A stretch of 64,000 nucleotides of DNA from an uncultured Verrucomicrobiae bacterium (GCA_963769025.1 CAVYKI010000002.1:32001-96000), one strand, 5' to 3'; counted from the stretch's first letter, positions 32,962 to 45,569 are shown. Numbers and translations are program-made. Notes: generated by a model not told the origin, from the letters alone.

Positions 32962-35581
32962 TCAGTCAATGTAGATGAATTCGTTCAGTCCGAAGAGCGA
33001 CTGGCAGAAGTCGGTGAGTGCGAGACGTTGCGCGGCGGCGAACGGTTCCTTCGCATCGCGCTGCGCGCGGGCGGCGGTCTGCGCTGCGATGAATGCGCGG
33101 GCGTCGGCGAGTTCGTCGGGAGCGGGTCCGCGGCTGAGGCAGAGTTGGAACGCAGCGCGAATCTGCGCGTCCACATCACCGCCGGCGTCGGCTCGCAGTC
33201 GCTTCGCGAGTTCCTCTGCGCGCATCCGCACGAACGGGTCATTCAGCAGCGCCAGCGCCTGCGGGGCCACGGTCGTGTTCATTCGGCGGCCGCAACTCTG
33301 CTGCGCATCCGGCGCGTCGAACGCCTGCATGAGCGGATACTGCACGACGCGCTTGTGAAACATGTAGATGGTCCGCCGCCGCGTCTCCGGCGTGTCCTTC
33401 GCATCGCGCGGATAAGGGTCCTTCACATTGCGCGCCTGCAGCGCTTCGGCGGGAATCGGCGGCTTGAAGCTCGGCCCGAACACCGCCGGGTTCAGCGTGC
33501 CCGCGACCGCGAGCATCGAGTCGCGCAGGATTTCCGATTCGAGCCGCAGCGGACGCCGACGCCAGAGCAGGCGGTTCTCGGGGTCGATCGCGCATTTCTT
33601 TTCGTCGAACGCCGACGCCTGCTGATAGGCCGCGCTGTTCACGATGAGCCGGTGCAGATGCTTCACGCTCCAGCCGCTGCGGATGAACTCGCCCGTGAGC
33701 CATTCGAGCAACTCGGGATGCGTGGGCAGCTCACCGCGCGTGCCGAAGTCGCTCGACCGTGCGCACGAGGCCTTCGCCGAAATGATGCTGCCAGACGCGG
33801 TTCACCATCACGCGCGCGAGCAACGCGCCCGCGCCGTGGTCGAGGTCGGTCATCCAGTCCGCCAGCGCGCGACGCTGCTGCGTGCTGTCGTCGCGGAGCT
33901 TCGATGCGCGCGCGGTCTTCCAGTAGTCGTCCGGCAGTCTTGCCCGTTCATCAGCACGGTGAGAAAACCGAGGTCCATCTTCTCATTGCGCGCCATGAAA
34001 TTCGCCGCGCTCGAAGAACCACGACTCCCGCGGCTCCGGCGCGAAGTCGGCGAACGCGAACGCTGTCGGCAGCGCGGCGGGTTTGCGCTTCGCGATGGCT
34101 TTCACGCGGCCATCGAGTTCCTCCCAGCGCGCCTTTTGCTTCGGTGGAAAACGCGCGACGTAATCCGCATCCTCGACCTTCAGTTCCTTCTTGAAACGAT
34201 TCGCCAGTTTCTTCCCCTCGGAACCGTCCGGCTTCTCCGTCAGCAGCTTCTTCTCGTCGTCCGAGAGCCGCAGCTTCGCAATCTTGGCCGCGCGCACGTG
34301 AATCCACAAACGGCTCGCGCGCCTTCTTCAGCCACGCATCGCGCTCCTTCACCGCCGCGTCGGATTCCGGCTGCCACTTCGCCAGTCGCGGCGCGTTGCG
34401 CCTTGACCTCGGCCTGCGATGCGAGCGGCACCTCGGCGCGGTCGCCGCTGTTGAAGACGCGCATGAGCCGGTAGTAGTCGCGCGTCGGCAGCGGGTCGTA
34501 TTTGTGGTCGTGACACCGCGCGCACGCCAGCGTGAGCCCGAGCATCGCCTGGCCCGTGGTCGAGACCATGTCGTCGAGTTCGTTGGCGCGGTTGCGGAGC
34601 TTTTCCTCCTCCATCTGCTTGTCGGGCAGGATGGAATTGACGCCCGCCAGCGATGAAGCCCGGTCGCCGCGATGGCATCCGGCTTGTCCGGCGCAATCTC
34701 ATCGCCCGCGAGCTGCCAGCGCACGAACTGGTCGAACGGCATGTCGTCATTCAGCGCGCGGATGACGAAGTCGCGGAAGCGATACGCATTGGGCCGGTCG
34801 TTGTCGCTCTCCATCCCGTTGCTGTCCGCGTAGCGCGCCACATCGAGCCAGTGCCGCGCCCAGCGCTCGCCGTGTGCGGACTCGCGAGCAACTCATCCAC
34901 GAGCGCGCGGACGGCGTCGCGCGATTCGCCGATGCGCGAACTCCAGCGCGTCATCTCCTCCGGCGTCGGCGGCAGACCGATGAGGTCGAAGTAAATCCGC
35001 CGCACGAGCGTGCGCGCATCCGCCGGGGCCGATGGGGAAATCTTCTTCGCCTCCTGCGCGTGCCGGATGAACTGGTCCACCGGAGTGCGCGCCCATGCTG
35101 TGTCCTTCACCATCGGCGGTTCAACCGCAGCCAGCGGGAGAAACGACCAGTGCTTCCGGTCCGCATCCGTCACCTTCATCTCCGCGCGGACTGTTTTGGC
35201 TGTCTCTTTGCCCGACTCCGGCCACTCAGCACCGGCATCAATCCACTGCTGGAGCAGTGCGATTTGTTTCGCTGTGAGCGGCTCCCCGCCGCCTTTGCGG
35301 GGCGGCATCCGCTCGTCTTCGTCCTTCGATGTCACCACCTGAAACACCCCGCTCTCACTCGCGTGCCGCGGCACGATGCCGCGCTCCCCAGAATCACCGC
35401 CCTTGAACGCCGACGCCTTTCAGTCCAGCCGCAGCCCGCCCTTCTGCTTCTCCAGCCCATGACACTTCACGCAGTGCTCGGTGAACAACGGCTCGATGTC
35501 CCGGCGAAACTCCACCACCGATGCTGTCACGGGAAACACCAGCGCGACGGCTGTCGCCAGAAATGTAAGAGGACGATTCAT
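32962..35581 (-). CDS. Planctomycete cytochrome c / DUF1549 / DUF1553 (PSD1) protein (several frameshifts, one in-frame TGA)
   Basis: [72 protein letters not shown]. Confidence 0.85.
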
Positions 35582-35633
35582 GATGTAGCAGCCCAGAGCG
35601 GAAGGTGCTGCGGGGGCACGCAACCTCGCATCG

Positions 35634-37027
35634 CTAAACGAGGATGTCCTTCACCACGTTGCCGAACACATCGGTGAGCCGGTAGTCGCGGCCGCCGTGG
35701 CGGTAGGTGAGCTTCTCGTGGTCGATGCCGAGCAGGTGCAGGATCGTGGCGTGGAAGTCGTGCACGTGAACTTTGTTCTCCGCGACGGTCGCGCCGATCT
35801 CGTCGGTGGCGCCGTAGGCGATGCCGCCCTTCACGCCGCCGCCGGCCAGCCAGGAGGAGAAGCACGCGCTGTGATGGCCGCGGCCCTTCGTGCCGTCCAC
35901 GCCGGGCGTGCGGCCGAATTCGGTGGTCCAGACGACGAGCGTGTCGTCGAGCATGCCGCGCTGCTTCAGATCGCGGAGCAGGCCGGCGATGGGCTGGTCG
36001 ATGTTCTTCGCGTGCTTGGCGTGCTCGGCCATGTCGCCGTGCTGATCCCAGTTCTTGCTGCTGCTGCCGTCCACCAGTTCGATGAACCGCACGCCGCGCT
36101 CGGCCAGTCGGCGGGCGACGAGGCATTGCCAGCCGAAGCCTTCGCTCTCGCCGCGCTTCAGGCCGTAGAGCGCCAGCGTGTGCGTCGGTTTCCTTTTCCA
36201 GCGTCGAAGACCTCGCGCGCCTCGGTCTGCATGTGGAAGGCGGTCTCGAAGGTGCGGATGCGCGCGGCGAGATCGCGTGTCGCCGGCGCGCGCGTGCGAG
36301 GTGGCGGTTGTTGAGCACGTCGGCGAGGCCGAGTTCGAGTTCCTGCAGGCCGCGCTGCTGCGTGCGGCGGTCGAGATTGGCGATCGGCTCCTTGCCGCCG
36401 ATCGACGCGCACGCCCTGATGATACGCGGGCAGGAAGTCGTTGTTGAAAATCTGCGTGCCGGCGTAGGGCATCTGCGGCGCGAGCGCGACGAACGACGGC
36501 AGGTTCTGATTCATCGTGCCGAGGCCGTAGCTGACCCACGAGCCGATGCTCGGCCGCGAGAAGAAGAACGAGCCGGTGTGCATGCCGAGCGTGGCGTTGT
36601 AGTGCTCGTTGTCGTCGCCCTTCATCGAGCGGATGAGGCAGATGTCGTCCATGCACTCGCGCAGATGCGGGAAGAGATCGCTGACCATCGTGCCGCACTT
36701 GCCACCGGGCCGGAACTCCCAGCCGGGCTTGAGCAGGACGCGCTGCTGATTCGAGAGGCCGCCGCCGACGCCGGTCATCTTGCCATCGGCGGCGAAGAGC
36801 TCGGGCTTCGGATCGAACGTGTCCATGTGCGACACGCCGCCGTTGGAGAAGATGAAGATGACGCGCTTCGCCTTCGCGGGAAAATGCGGCTGCTTCGGCG
36901 CGAGCGGGTCGGCGGTTGCGGCGGCGGATTCCGCGAGCAGGCTCGAGAGGATGCCCGGCATCAGCAGCGAGCCGCCGACAAGCGAGCGGAGGATTTCGCG
37001 GCGATGGAAAAGGCGGGGTGAGTTCAT
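35634..37027 (-). CDS. DUF1501 protein (frameshifted)
   Basis: [59 protein letters not shown]. Confidence 0.87.
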
Positions 37028-37039
37028 GGGTGGCGCGGG

Positions 37040-39988
37040 TCAGTCGAGGTAAACAAATTCGTTCAGGCGGAAGAGCACGCGGACGTAGGCGCGCCACGCT
37101 TCGGCTGTCCGCCTTGTCGGCGGGCAGGTCGTCGCTCGCGAAGTTGCGCGCGCGCGCTGGCGAGAAATTTCTCCGCGGCGGCGCGTTCGTCGGCGGCAGG
37201 CGGGCGGGCGAAGAGCAGCTCGTAGGCGCGCTGGATGCGGGCGGCGTCGTCGCTGGCGTGCGAAGTGATGCGCTCGGCGACGCGCTTGGATTGCTCGTGG
37301 ACGAACGGATCGTTGAGCAGGTAGAGCGCCTGCAGCGGCGTGGTGCTCGTCGGTGCGCGCGGGCGTGCTGGCGGACGGATCGGCGCCGTCGAAGATGGCG
37401 AGATACGGATGCCGCTGGATGCGCTGCGTCATCAGATACACGCTGCGGCGGTTGCTGTCGATAGACGGCCTTGAAGGGATTGTGCTGCGTGAAGTCCCAC
37501 TCGTGCGCGGCGGAAACGGATGCGGGCCGGCGGGCGTGAGGTCGAGGTTGCCGCCGAGCGCGAGCAGCGTGTCGCGGATGGCTTCGGCATCGAGCCGCCG
37601 GCGCGGAAAGCTCGCGAGCAGCTCGTTCGCCGGGTCGCTGCGCGATCGCGTCGGCGTCGCGCGCGCGTGGCGATGCTGATACGTGCGCGAGAGCATGATG
37701 AGCCGGTGCATCGCCTTCACCGACCAGCCGCCGTCGCGGAACTTCGCGGCGAGGTAATCGAGCAGTTCGGGATGCGTCGGCGGCTTGCCCTGTTTGCCGA
37801 AATCATTCGGCGTCGCGACGATGCCGCGGCCGAAGTGATGCAGCCAGATGCGATTGACCATCACGCGCGCGGGGAGCGGATTGTCGTTGGCCGAGAATCC
37901 AGTCGGCGAGCTGCGCGCGGCCGCTGGACTTCGTCGCCGGGCGGCAGTTCCGCGCCGCCCAGCACGGTGAGGAAATGGCGGCGGCACCATCGTCGCCGGG
38001 CTTGGCCGGATCGCCCTTCTGCTGGACCGGCACATCGGAAATTTTCGCGGCGTCGGCGACGGCGTACGCCATCTCGAAGGGCAGCGATTTTTTCTGCACC
38101 TTCGCGAGCGCCTGCTCGGCTTCCTTCAGCTTCGCCTGCGGCCGCCTCCTTCTTCTCGCCCTTCCCCTCCTTCACGGCATTCTTGAGCTTCGCCACCTCG
38201 CTGTCGAGCCGCGCGCGTTCCTTCTCGCGCTCGCGTTGCGTGGCCTCGGCCTCGGCGAGTTTTTCCGTCGGCACCAGCGGCACGAAGTCGCGCTGCTTCT
38301 TGTCCAGCTCGATGCCCGGCCACGGGTAGCGCGTGCTGTGGAAGATGCCGTAGAGCGCGTAGTAATCCTGCTGCGGTGATGGGATCGAACTTGTGGTCGT
38401 GGCAGCGCGCGCAGCTGACCGTGAGGCCGAGGAAGGCTGCGGCCCGAGGTTGTCGATCGTGTCCTCGATCGTGAGGTGCTGCGGGTAATCGTCCACGCGC
38501 GAGCCGAAGCGGCGCGCGTTCGCGATGTAGCCGGTGGCGATGATGCGCTCGTAGCGTTCCTCCTCGGTCGCGCCGCCGCGCAGATCGCCCGCGAGCTGCT
38601 CGCGCACGAACTGGTCGTAAGGCAGGTCGCGGTTGAACGCGGCGATGACCCAGTCGCGGTAGCGATGCATCTGCGGAATGGGATAGTCGGAATTGTCGCC
38701 CGCCGTGTCGGCGTAGCGCACGACATCGAGCCAGTGCCGGCCCCAGCGTTCGCCGTAGCGCGGCGAGGCGAGCAGGCGATCGACGACGCGCGCGAAGGCG
38801 TCCGGCGACGCGTCGGCGACGAACGCCGCGACTTCCTCCGGCGTCGGCGGCAGGCCGATGAGGTCGTAGGTGGCGCGGCGGATGAGCGCGCGCTTGTCGG
38901 CATCGGCGGCGGGCTTGAGCTTCGCTGCCTCGAGCTTCGCGAGGATGAAACGGTCCACGTCGTTCGCGGGCCACTTCGTGTTCTGCACCGCGGGCGGCTT
39001 CGGTGCAGCCAGCGGGCGGAACGACCACCACTCGCGCGCCTTGTTCCAGTCGATCGCCGATCCTTCGCCTTCACCGCGGCGACGGTGTCGTCGCGCGCGG
39101 ATCGGGCGCGCCCATCCGCACCCACGCCTCGAGCTCGGCGATGACGCTCGGGCGGCGAGCTTCTTCTTCGGCGGCATCGCGAGGTCTTCGTTCAGCGTGG
39201 CGCACGCGCCTGGATGAGCAGGCTCGCATCGGGATCGCCGGGCGTGATGGCCGGGCCGGTGTCGCCGCCCTTTTGCACGCCCGCGCGCGAGTCGAGCACG
39301 AGGCCGCCCTTGATTTTCTTCGCGCCCGCGCTGTGGCACTCGTAGCAGGTCTCCACGAGCACCGGGCGGATCTTGCTCTCGAAAAACGCGATCTGATCGG
39401 CAGTCGGCGCGGCGGCGAATTGCGCGCGCGTTCGCGCTCGGGAACCGCGCCGTCGCCCGACCAGACCTCGATGCCCGAAAGATTCGCCGCGCCGTGGCTG
39501 GCGCCCTGCGCGCCGAGACCGTCAGCCTGCCGTCCTTCACGCTCGCGCGCGCCACGGGCCGAGCCGTTTCCACATGCCCGCCTCGCCGCTGTAAAATCCT
39601 GGCACCACGACCTGGTCATTCACGAGCAGATCGAACTGCTCGTTGTGGTTGTCCTCCCACACGTAGAGGAAGACCTGATACGCGCCCGGCGGCGACGGCC
39701 GGTGAATTCGAGGCTCACCTTGCCGCCCCAGACGCTGCTGCGAATCATCTGCGCGCGCGCTCGGCGTCCGTCGGCCGGCTTGAGCACGACCTTCTGGTTC
39801 TCAAACGTCTTGCCGTTCGCCTTGAAATCCTTCGCATCCGCGCCCGCCTCCCACGCGTGCCCGTCGATCGTCACCGCCGGACCGTTGAGATTGATGCCGC
39901 GCAGAAACTTCGCATCCGCCGCATCGACGGAGGCGAGGCCGCTCATCCAGAGGAGCGAGAGGAGAAGGGTAGGGGAGGATCGTGGCAT
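37040..39988 (-). CDS. Planctomycete cytochrome c / DUF1549 / DUF1553 protein with an extra N-terminal beta domain (many frameshifts)
   Basis: [63 protein letters not shown]. Confidence 0.83.
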
Positions 39989-40186
39989 GGCTACTGGCAG
40001 AACTCCGCCCGGCTTGAGGTCGGCTGGCGGAGATCCGATCGATGAATCCCGACTCTAGCCCATCCGACGCAGCCTGCTAGGACACGATTGCATGGACTTT
40101 GGACGATCCTGCCGCCCTTCGGGGAGCACCCGTCCGAAAGTGGTGCTGGCGTCCCACCGGTCGCCAGTTTGCCGCGGGGAGGTTTC

Positions 40187-41182
40187 CTACCCTCCCGTCG
40201 TGGTGCGGTCGGTGCGAAACTTCACGGGCGACATGCCGAATGCGCCTCTGAAGCGTTTGTTGAAATAGCTCTGGTCCGAGAAGCCCACCTCGCATGCGAT
40301 CTCCGCGACGGTGCGATCCGTCTCGCGAAGCAGGCGCGCTCCGTTGGCGAGTCGCACGTGGTTCACGTAGTTCACCAGCGTCATTCCGGCGACGCGCTTG
40401 AACTTCTTCATCAGCTGCGACGCGCTCATTCCCGCGATCCGTGCCGCGGCATCCACGCTCAGCTTCTCCGCGTGATGCTGCTGGATGTGATCAAAGAGCC
40501 TCTTGAGCTGAATCGAGCGCTGCTGCTGCTGCATGAACTCCCATTTCATCACCTCCGAAGCGCGGAAGCGTTTCGCCAGCACAAAGAGCAGTTCGAGCAG
40601 GAACGCCTTTGTGCCAGCCTGGAAAAACGCGCGCTCCTTTCCAAAGTAGCATCCCAGCAACTGCGCCAGCACACGCCACGCTTGCGGGGCCTCGGCGTCC
40701 GACGTCTTCATCACGTGGGCATGCGGTCCGGACCGCGAATAGAACGGCAGCAGGAACGCATAGTCGTGCGACGGCGAGCCGAGGCTGTAAACGAACTCGG
40801 GCATGAAGCTCACGACGATGACGCGCGTGTCGAAGCCGGGGAAATCGACAACGTGATGCAGCTTCAGATTGTCCACCACGAGCAGGTCGCCACGTTCCAG
40901 CGACACCTCCTGCTCCCCCATGCGAAAGCGAGCCGGTCCGTCCAGCGGGAGGAAGAGCTCGAGCCGTTCATGCCACGTCCCGCCGCGGGTGTGGCGGCGC
41001 GAGGTGAAGCGGAAGAGCTTGATTGAAAAAGGAAACTCCGTGTCCAGCGGCACCGTGTAACGCCCGCGTGCATCGAGTTGCGCCGCGATATCGTGCGGCT
41101 CAAACTTCAAGCTGCGGCAGACGGCGAGCAGCTTGCGCCGTGCCGCATTGGCTTTTGGAGTCGAGTGGGAGCTGGGCGGCAT
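40187..41182 (-). CDS. AraC-family transcriptional regulator
   Basis: Cupin WHERLE and C-terminal HTH EIACEVGFSDQSYFNKRFRGAFGMSP. Confidence 0.92.
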   Translation of the reverse strand: MPPSSHSTPKANAARRKLLAVCRSLKFEPHDIAAQLDARGRYTVPLDTEFPFSIKLFRFTSRRHTRGGTWHERLELFLPLDGPARFRMGEQEVSLERGDLLVVDNLKLHHVVDFPGFDTRVIVVSFMPEFVYSLGSPSHDYAFLLPFYSRSGPHAHVMKTSDAEAPQAWRVLAQLLGCYFGKERAFFQAGTKAFLLELLFVLAKRFRASEVMKWEFMQQQQRSIQLKRLFDHIQQHHAEKLSVDAAARIAGMSASQLMKKFKRVAGMTLVNYVNHVRLANGARLLRETDRTVAEIACEVGFSDQSYFNKRFRGAFGMSPVKFRTDRTTTGG

Positions 41183-41306
41183 GCGGCAGCGACTCTAGGC
41201 ATTGCAGGCCGATCACGGCGAGCCGGTTCGCATAGGCGGGCGCATGCAGGGCTGGCGAGGCTCCATCTCGCGGGGTGATAAGACAGGTTTGAGCGCGATG
41301 GGATGC

Positions 41307-42965
41307 TCACGGCTTGCTGAGCGAGTGCAGGTATTCCTCGAGGTTCGTGTAGCCGTCGCCGTCACGGTCCTTGTTGCCGTCCGCCGCATCCTGCGGGTTG
41401 AGACCATGGGTGGTCTCCCACTCGTCGGGGATCCCGTCGTTGTCGGAGTCCTTCGGATGCGCTCCTCCGGCAAGTTTCGGATGACCGCCGACATCGCGCG
41501 GCGAATCGATGATGCGGCCTTTGCCGGTCCGGACGTCGCTGACGATCCGCGCATCCACCGCATCGCGGCGCGGGAGTGTCGCGCCCACACCGGCGAGCAT
41601 GGGCTCGAGATTTTCCGCCGCGGGCGTCCGTGTCACCGGCGCGGTCGGAAATGGCGCGGCGGCCTGCTGCGTCTTGGGAGCGGGTTTGCTGTCGTAGCCC
41701 ATGCCGACGATGTCCCACTCGTCCCCGTCCGCGGCCGTGCGGTGCGGAGTGATGTTGTCCGCGACGAAGAGCTTCTTCGAGCCCGCCTGCGCTACCTGGC
41801 CGAGGATGATTTCGCGTGATTGCGATTCGGTCGAAGGCCCGCGCAGGTAGCGGTTGCCGGCGAAATTCACGTGGGTTTCGAAGCCGTGCCGGTCCTGAAT
41901 CTCGACGGGAATCTTGCCCCAGTTGTAAACGACGTTGTTGATGAAATCGTGCGTACCTCCGCCGGAGATGAGCGGGTTCCGGAAATCGTGATGCGCGAGC
42001 AGGCAATGATGCACCGTCACGCGGTTGCTGCCGTCGCCGATGAGCAGCCCCGCGCTGTGCGTCTTCTTCGGATGCCGCGCGCGGTTGAGCGCCTCGCTGA
42101 TGATGCACCACGAGAGCGTGATGTCGCGCGGCGCATACCACGTCTGCACCGTCTCGTCCTCGCTCCAACTGAACGAGCAATGGTCCGCGACCACATTGTA
42201 AACCTCATCGCGCCCGCTGCCGGTGTTGAGGATGCCGAGCGCGTCGTTGTTTTCGGGATCGCCCTTGCCCTCGTCACCGGGCCGGATGCGGACGTGCTGG
42301 AGCAGGACATCGTGCGTCATCACCGCGAGTCCGGCATTCCTGATCGAGATGCCGTCGCCGGGCGCGGTCTGCCCTGCGACGGTGACGAAGGGATGCTGGA
42401 TGTACAGCTGATCCTTCAATTCAATGACGCCGCCGACGCGGAAAAGAATCGTTCGGGGAAACGGCTGGTTCAACGCCTCACGAAGCGTCCCCGGCCCGTC
42501 ATCTTCCAGCGAAGTGACGAACAGCACCTTGCCACCCCGCCCCGCAGCGGTGCGCGTGCCAAATCCCTCCGCACCGGGAAATACCGGACGCCCTCCGTCC
42601 GGCGGGAGCGGTCGCGGCCCCGCCGACTTGATGGCGGCCCGCTCGGATGCCTTCATCGCCATCGGGATGGCAATGACTCCCACGAACGCCACCACCATGA
42701 GTCCGCCACCGACGACCGCAATCCACGCGAGCCGCGTCCCCGCACCCGAGCGGAGCCGGCGAAGGCCGAGGACGAGCGCGAGCAGCGGCGCCACCAGCAT
42801 GACGACGTAGGTAGCCGGTCCGAGCACCTTCATGATTCCGTGAAAAAGGCGGCTGAACTTGAGCAGGTAGAGCGCGGCAAGAATCCAGAAGACCAAGGAA
42901 AGCCCCAGGGAAATCCCGAGCACCGTTGGGCGTTTGGCTGGCGCGGGGAGATGTGAATGGGGCAT
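41307..42965 (-). CDS. Membrane-anchored pectate lyase (PL1-like)
   Basis: FPGAEGFG...GRGG, GPGTLR, TVAGQTAPGDG, DHCSFSWSEDE, DSDNDGIPDEWE. N-terminal TM helices. Confidence 0.88.
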   Translation of the reverse strand: MPHSHLPAPAKRPTVLGISLGLSLVFWILAALYLLKFSRLFHGIMKVLGPATYVVMLVAPLLALVLGLRRLRSGAGTRLAWIAVVGGGLMVVAFVGVIAIPMAMKASERAAIKSAGPRPLPPDGGRPVFPGAEGFGTRTAAGRGGKVLFVTSLEDDGPGTLREALNQPFPRTILFRVGGVIELKDQLYIQHPFVTVAGQTAPGDGISIRNAGLAVMTHDVLLQHVRIRPGDEGKGDPENNDALGILNTGSGRDEVYNVVADHCSFSWSEDETVQTWYAPRDITLSWCIISEALNRARHPKKTHSAGLLIGDGSNRVTVHHCLLAHHDFRNPLISGGGTHDFINNVVYNWGKIPVEIQDRHGFETHVNFAGNRYLRGPSTESQSREIILGQVAQAGSKKLFVADNITPHRTAADGDEWDIVGMGYDSKPAPKTQQAAAPFPTAPVTRTPAAENLEPMLAGVGATLPRRDAVDARIVSDVRTGKGRIIDSPRDVGGHPKLAGGAHPKDSDNDGIPDEWETTHGLNPQDAADGNKDRDGDGYTNLEEYLHSLSKP

Positions 42966-43189
42966 CGGGTAGAGGGGAAACCGTCTGTGTGTGGAGACGT
43001 TTGGTCGCTGCCTCGGGTTTCATCGATTTCGGAATGCGCGCCTACGAATCAAACCCATGCGCAAGATCATCCCGATCGGAGTGGCATTCAGTCGAATCGG
43101 CCAAAGTTGTAACCGCAACCCCGGGGGCGGCGTCTCGCACCGTGCACAGGAAAGGCTCCAAACCCTCCCGACCCGTTGCCGCAGCTCCC

Positions 43190-43780
43190 ATGAAAAAACT
43201 GTTCACGTTGCTCACATTGTCCTGCTCACTCGGCGTCGCCACGGCTCAGGAGCTTCTATCCCCGGAGGAATTGCAGAAATTCGTACCGCGATTTGTCGAG
43301 CGTGCGGCTGACCAGGAAAATCCACCATTCAAGGCCGCGGTGGACGCGGCGAAATCGGTCGGGATGAAGGTCAAGGAATATGGTGCCGTCATCCTGCCCG
43401 CGAAGGATCTCTCGAGGGAGGCGCTGGCCAAGGCGGACAAACAAATCGTGCCGGTCGGACACCTGTGGATGAAGAAGCTTGCTCCGGCGGTAAGTCCCGA
43501 GAAATTGCGCGTCGTGTCGGTTCACCTGGACAATGCCGACCACTCGCTGGTGCTGTTCTATCTCGGCATGCGGACGACGGATGCCGGCAATGCTGAACTC
43601 GTGATTTTCGGCAAGGACAAGGATCCGATCGCCACGCTGCCTTTGACCAAAATCGAGCGCAGCCAGGACGCGCCGGTGGGGCTTCACATGCAGGCGGGCA
43701 CCGCTTCGCTCGGAGAAATCGAGATCAACATCCTCGGCCAATACCGTGCCCGGCTGGCGGTGGACGAGTTCGCGCCGTAA
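43190..43780 (+). CDS. Secreted hypothetical protein
   Basis: MKKLFTLLTLSCSLGVATA signal peptide. Confidence 0.65.
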   Translation: MKKLFTLLTLSCSLGVATAQELLSPEELQKFVPRFVERAADQENPPFKAAVDAAKSVGMKVKEYGAVILPAKDLSREALAKADKQIVPVGHLWMKKLAPAVSPEKLRVVSVHLDNADHSLVLFYLGMRTTDAGNAELVIFGKDKDPIATLPLTKIERSQDAPVGLHMQAGTASLGEIEINILGQYRARLAVDEFAP

Positions 43781-43887
43781 CGGAGATGCAGCGCGAGGAA
43801 AGGCTCGCGATACGCTCCTGAACGCAGCATGAGACTGGTCCGCGACCCGGGGCGACGCTCCGTGGTCGCAGTGCAGCAAAGCCATCC

Positions 43888-44346
43888 ATGAGCGAACCCA
43901 CTCCCCCGGCGTGTCAGTTGCGCGTCCATTCCGACCACACGGAAAAGGCCACGGCCTACGTGCGCAAGCAACGGCTGGAGATCGGCAGACCGCACACGTT
44001 CGATGAGAAATACGAGGCCATCACGGCGCTGGAGGCGTTCGCGGGTGCGCTGGCGGCCGACATCATCAACGGCCTGCACCTGCGGGCGCGGCAGCGCAGG
44101 ATCGCGATTGAGCGCATCGAGGGCGTGGTGAAAGTCTGGCTCAGGAACGCGCTGACGTTTCTCGCCGTGGTCGGCGAAGAGGGCGATCCTTCGATTGAGA
44201 CGGTGACGGTGCAGCTCTATGTCAGCTCGCCGGAAACCGAGGAACTCGTGCGGTCGTTATTGGATGAAACGCTCAGGCGTTCACCGCTCCACCTGACGCT
44301 CTGCAAGGCGGCGAAGGTGACCGTAAACTTTCAAGTGACCATCTGA
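43888..44346 (+). CDS. OsmC-like protein lacking the usual catalytic Cys
   Basis: TALEAFAGALAADI...RRIAIERIE...RRSPLHLTL OsmC-fold pattern. Confidence 0.7.
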   Translation: MSEPTPPACQLRVHSDHTEKATAYVRKQRLEIGRPHTFDEKYEAITALEAFAGALAADIINGLHLRARQRRIAIERIEGVVKVWLRNALTFLAVVGEEGDPSIETVTVQLYVSSPETEELVRSLLDETLRRSPLHLTLCKAAKVTVNFQVTI

Positions 44347-44396
44347 CGCGACGGCGAATATTCCCCATCCCCTGAACTCCATGAAACCCCAGCACC

Positions 44397-45557
44397 ATGT
44401 ACCGACTCACTGTTGAACAATCCGCCCTCGTCGCGCGGTCGCGCGACATCGCGGAGAACCAAGTTGCCCCGCACGCGGCCCGTGTGGATGAAACCTCAAC
44501 CTTCCCCGGCGAATCCGTGCAGGCACTCGCGAAGGCCGGCTTTCTCGGCCTGACGATTCCGCAGGAACATGGAGGCTTGGGACAGGGACCGCGCGTGGTG
44601 TGCGCGGTCGTGGAGGAGATCGCGCGGCGGTGCAGTTCCACGGCGATGATTTACATAATGCATCTCGCAGGCGTCGCCTGCTACCTCGCGGCACCGAGGA
44701 AACCGGAGGCGGCGCTCCGCGATGCGGCGGCAGGACGGCATCTCAGCACGCTGGCTTTCAGCGAAAAGGGTTCCCGCAGTCATTTCTGGGCGCCGGTGAG
44801 CAAGGCGTCGCGCCCGGCGCAAAACGGGTCGGTGAATGTCTCCGCGGAGAAGTCATGGGTCACTTCCGCCGGTCACGCGGACGCGATGGCGGTCTCGACG
44901 CGATGGGATCGCGGCACGGAGCCGATGCAGTCGATGATCTATCTCGTGATGCGGGACGATCCCGGCGTCAGCGTCAGCGGCACTTGGAATGCGCTCGGCA
45001 TGCGGGGCAATCAAAGCGCGCCGGTGCGGCTTGAAGATGTGGCGCTGGATGAACCGAGTCGTGCGCTGTGCGAGCCGGGCAAGGGATTTGAAATGATGCT
45101 CGGCGTGGTGCTGCCGCTCTTTCACGTGTGCCAGGCAGCCATCGCACTCGGCATCTGCGAAGCGGCAATCTCCGCCACGCAGGCGCATCTCACCGGCGCG
45201 AAGCTGGAGCATCTCGATTCGCGCTTGTGCGACCTGCCGAATCTCCGCGCGCAACTGGCGCGGATGCGACTGATGACCGATCGCGCGCGGGCGCACCTGG
45301 TCTGCACGCTCGACGCGATGGAAAGCGGCCGCGCAGACGCGCAGGTGCTCGTGCTGGAGATCAAGGCGTCGGCCAGCGAGACCGCGGTGGATGTCACCGA
45401 TCTCGCGATGCGCTGCTGCGGAGGCGCGGCGTTCAGCAAGCATCTCGGAATCGAGCGTGTCTTCCGCGATGCGCGTGCGGCCGTCGTGATGGCCCCCACC
45501 ACCGATCATGCGCACGAATTTCTCGGGCGCGCGCTCTGCGGCATGGAGCTCTTCTAA
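44397..45557 (+). CDS. Acyl-CoA dehydrogenase-family flavoprotein
   Basis: GLTIPQEHGGLG, LAFSEKGS, KSWVTSA, LGMRGNQS, CGGAAF...ERVFRDAR. Confidence 0.9.
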   Translation: MYRLTVEQSALVARSRDIAENQVAPHAARVDETSTFPGESVQALAKAGFLGLTIPQEHGGLGQGPRVVCAVVEEIARRCSSTAMIYIMHLAGVACYLAAPRKPEAALRDAAAGRHLSTLAFSEKGSRSHFWAPVSKASRPAQNGSVNVSAEKSWVTSAGHADAMAVSTRWDRGTEPMQSMIYLVMRDDPGVSVSGTWNALGMRGNQSAPVRLEDVALDEPSRALCEPGKGFEMMLGVVLPLFHVCQAAIALGICEAAISATQAHLTGAKLEHLDSRLCDLPNLRAQLARMRLMTDRARAHLVCTLDAMESGRADAQVLVLEIKASASETAVDVTDLAMRCCGGAAFSKHLGIERVFRDARAAVVMAPTTDHAHEFLGRALCGMELF

Positions 45558-45569
45558 CATCACACCTCG

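Noticed and set aside
35420..35422. In-frame TGA in the DUF1553 gene ([12 protein letters not shown]) as a possible Sec
   Set aside because: The position is not Cys in this motif, there is no redox context, and it lies in the most error-rich region. More likely a read error or nonsense mutation.
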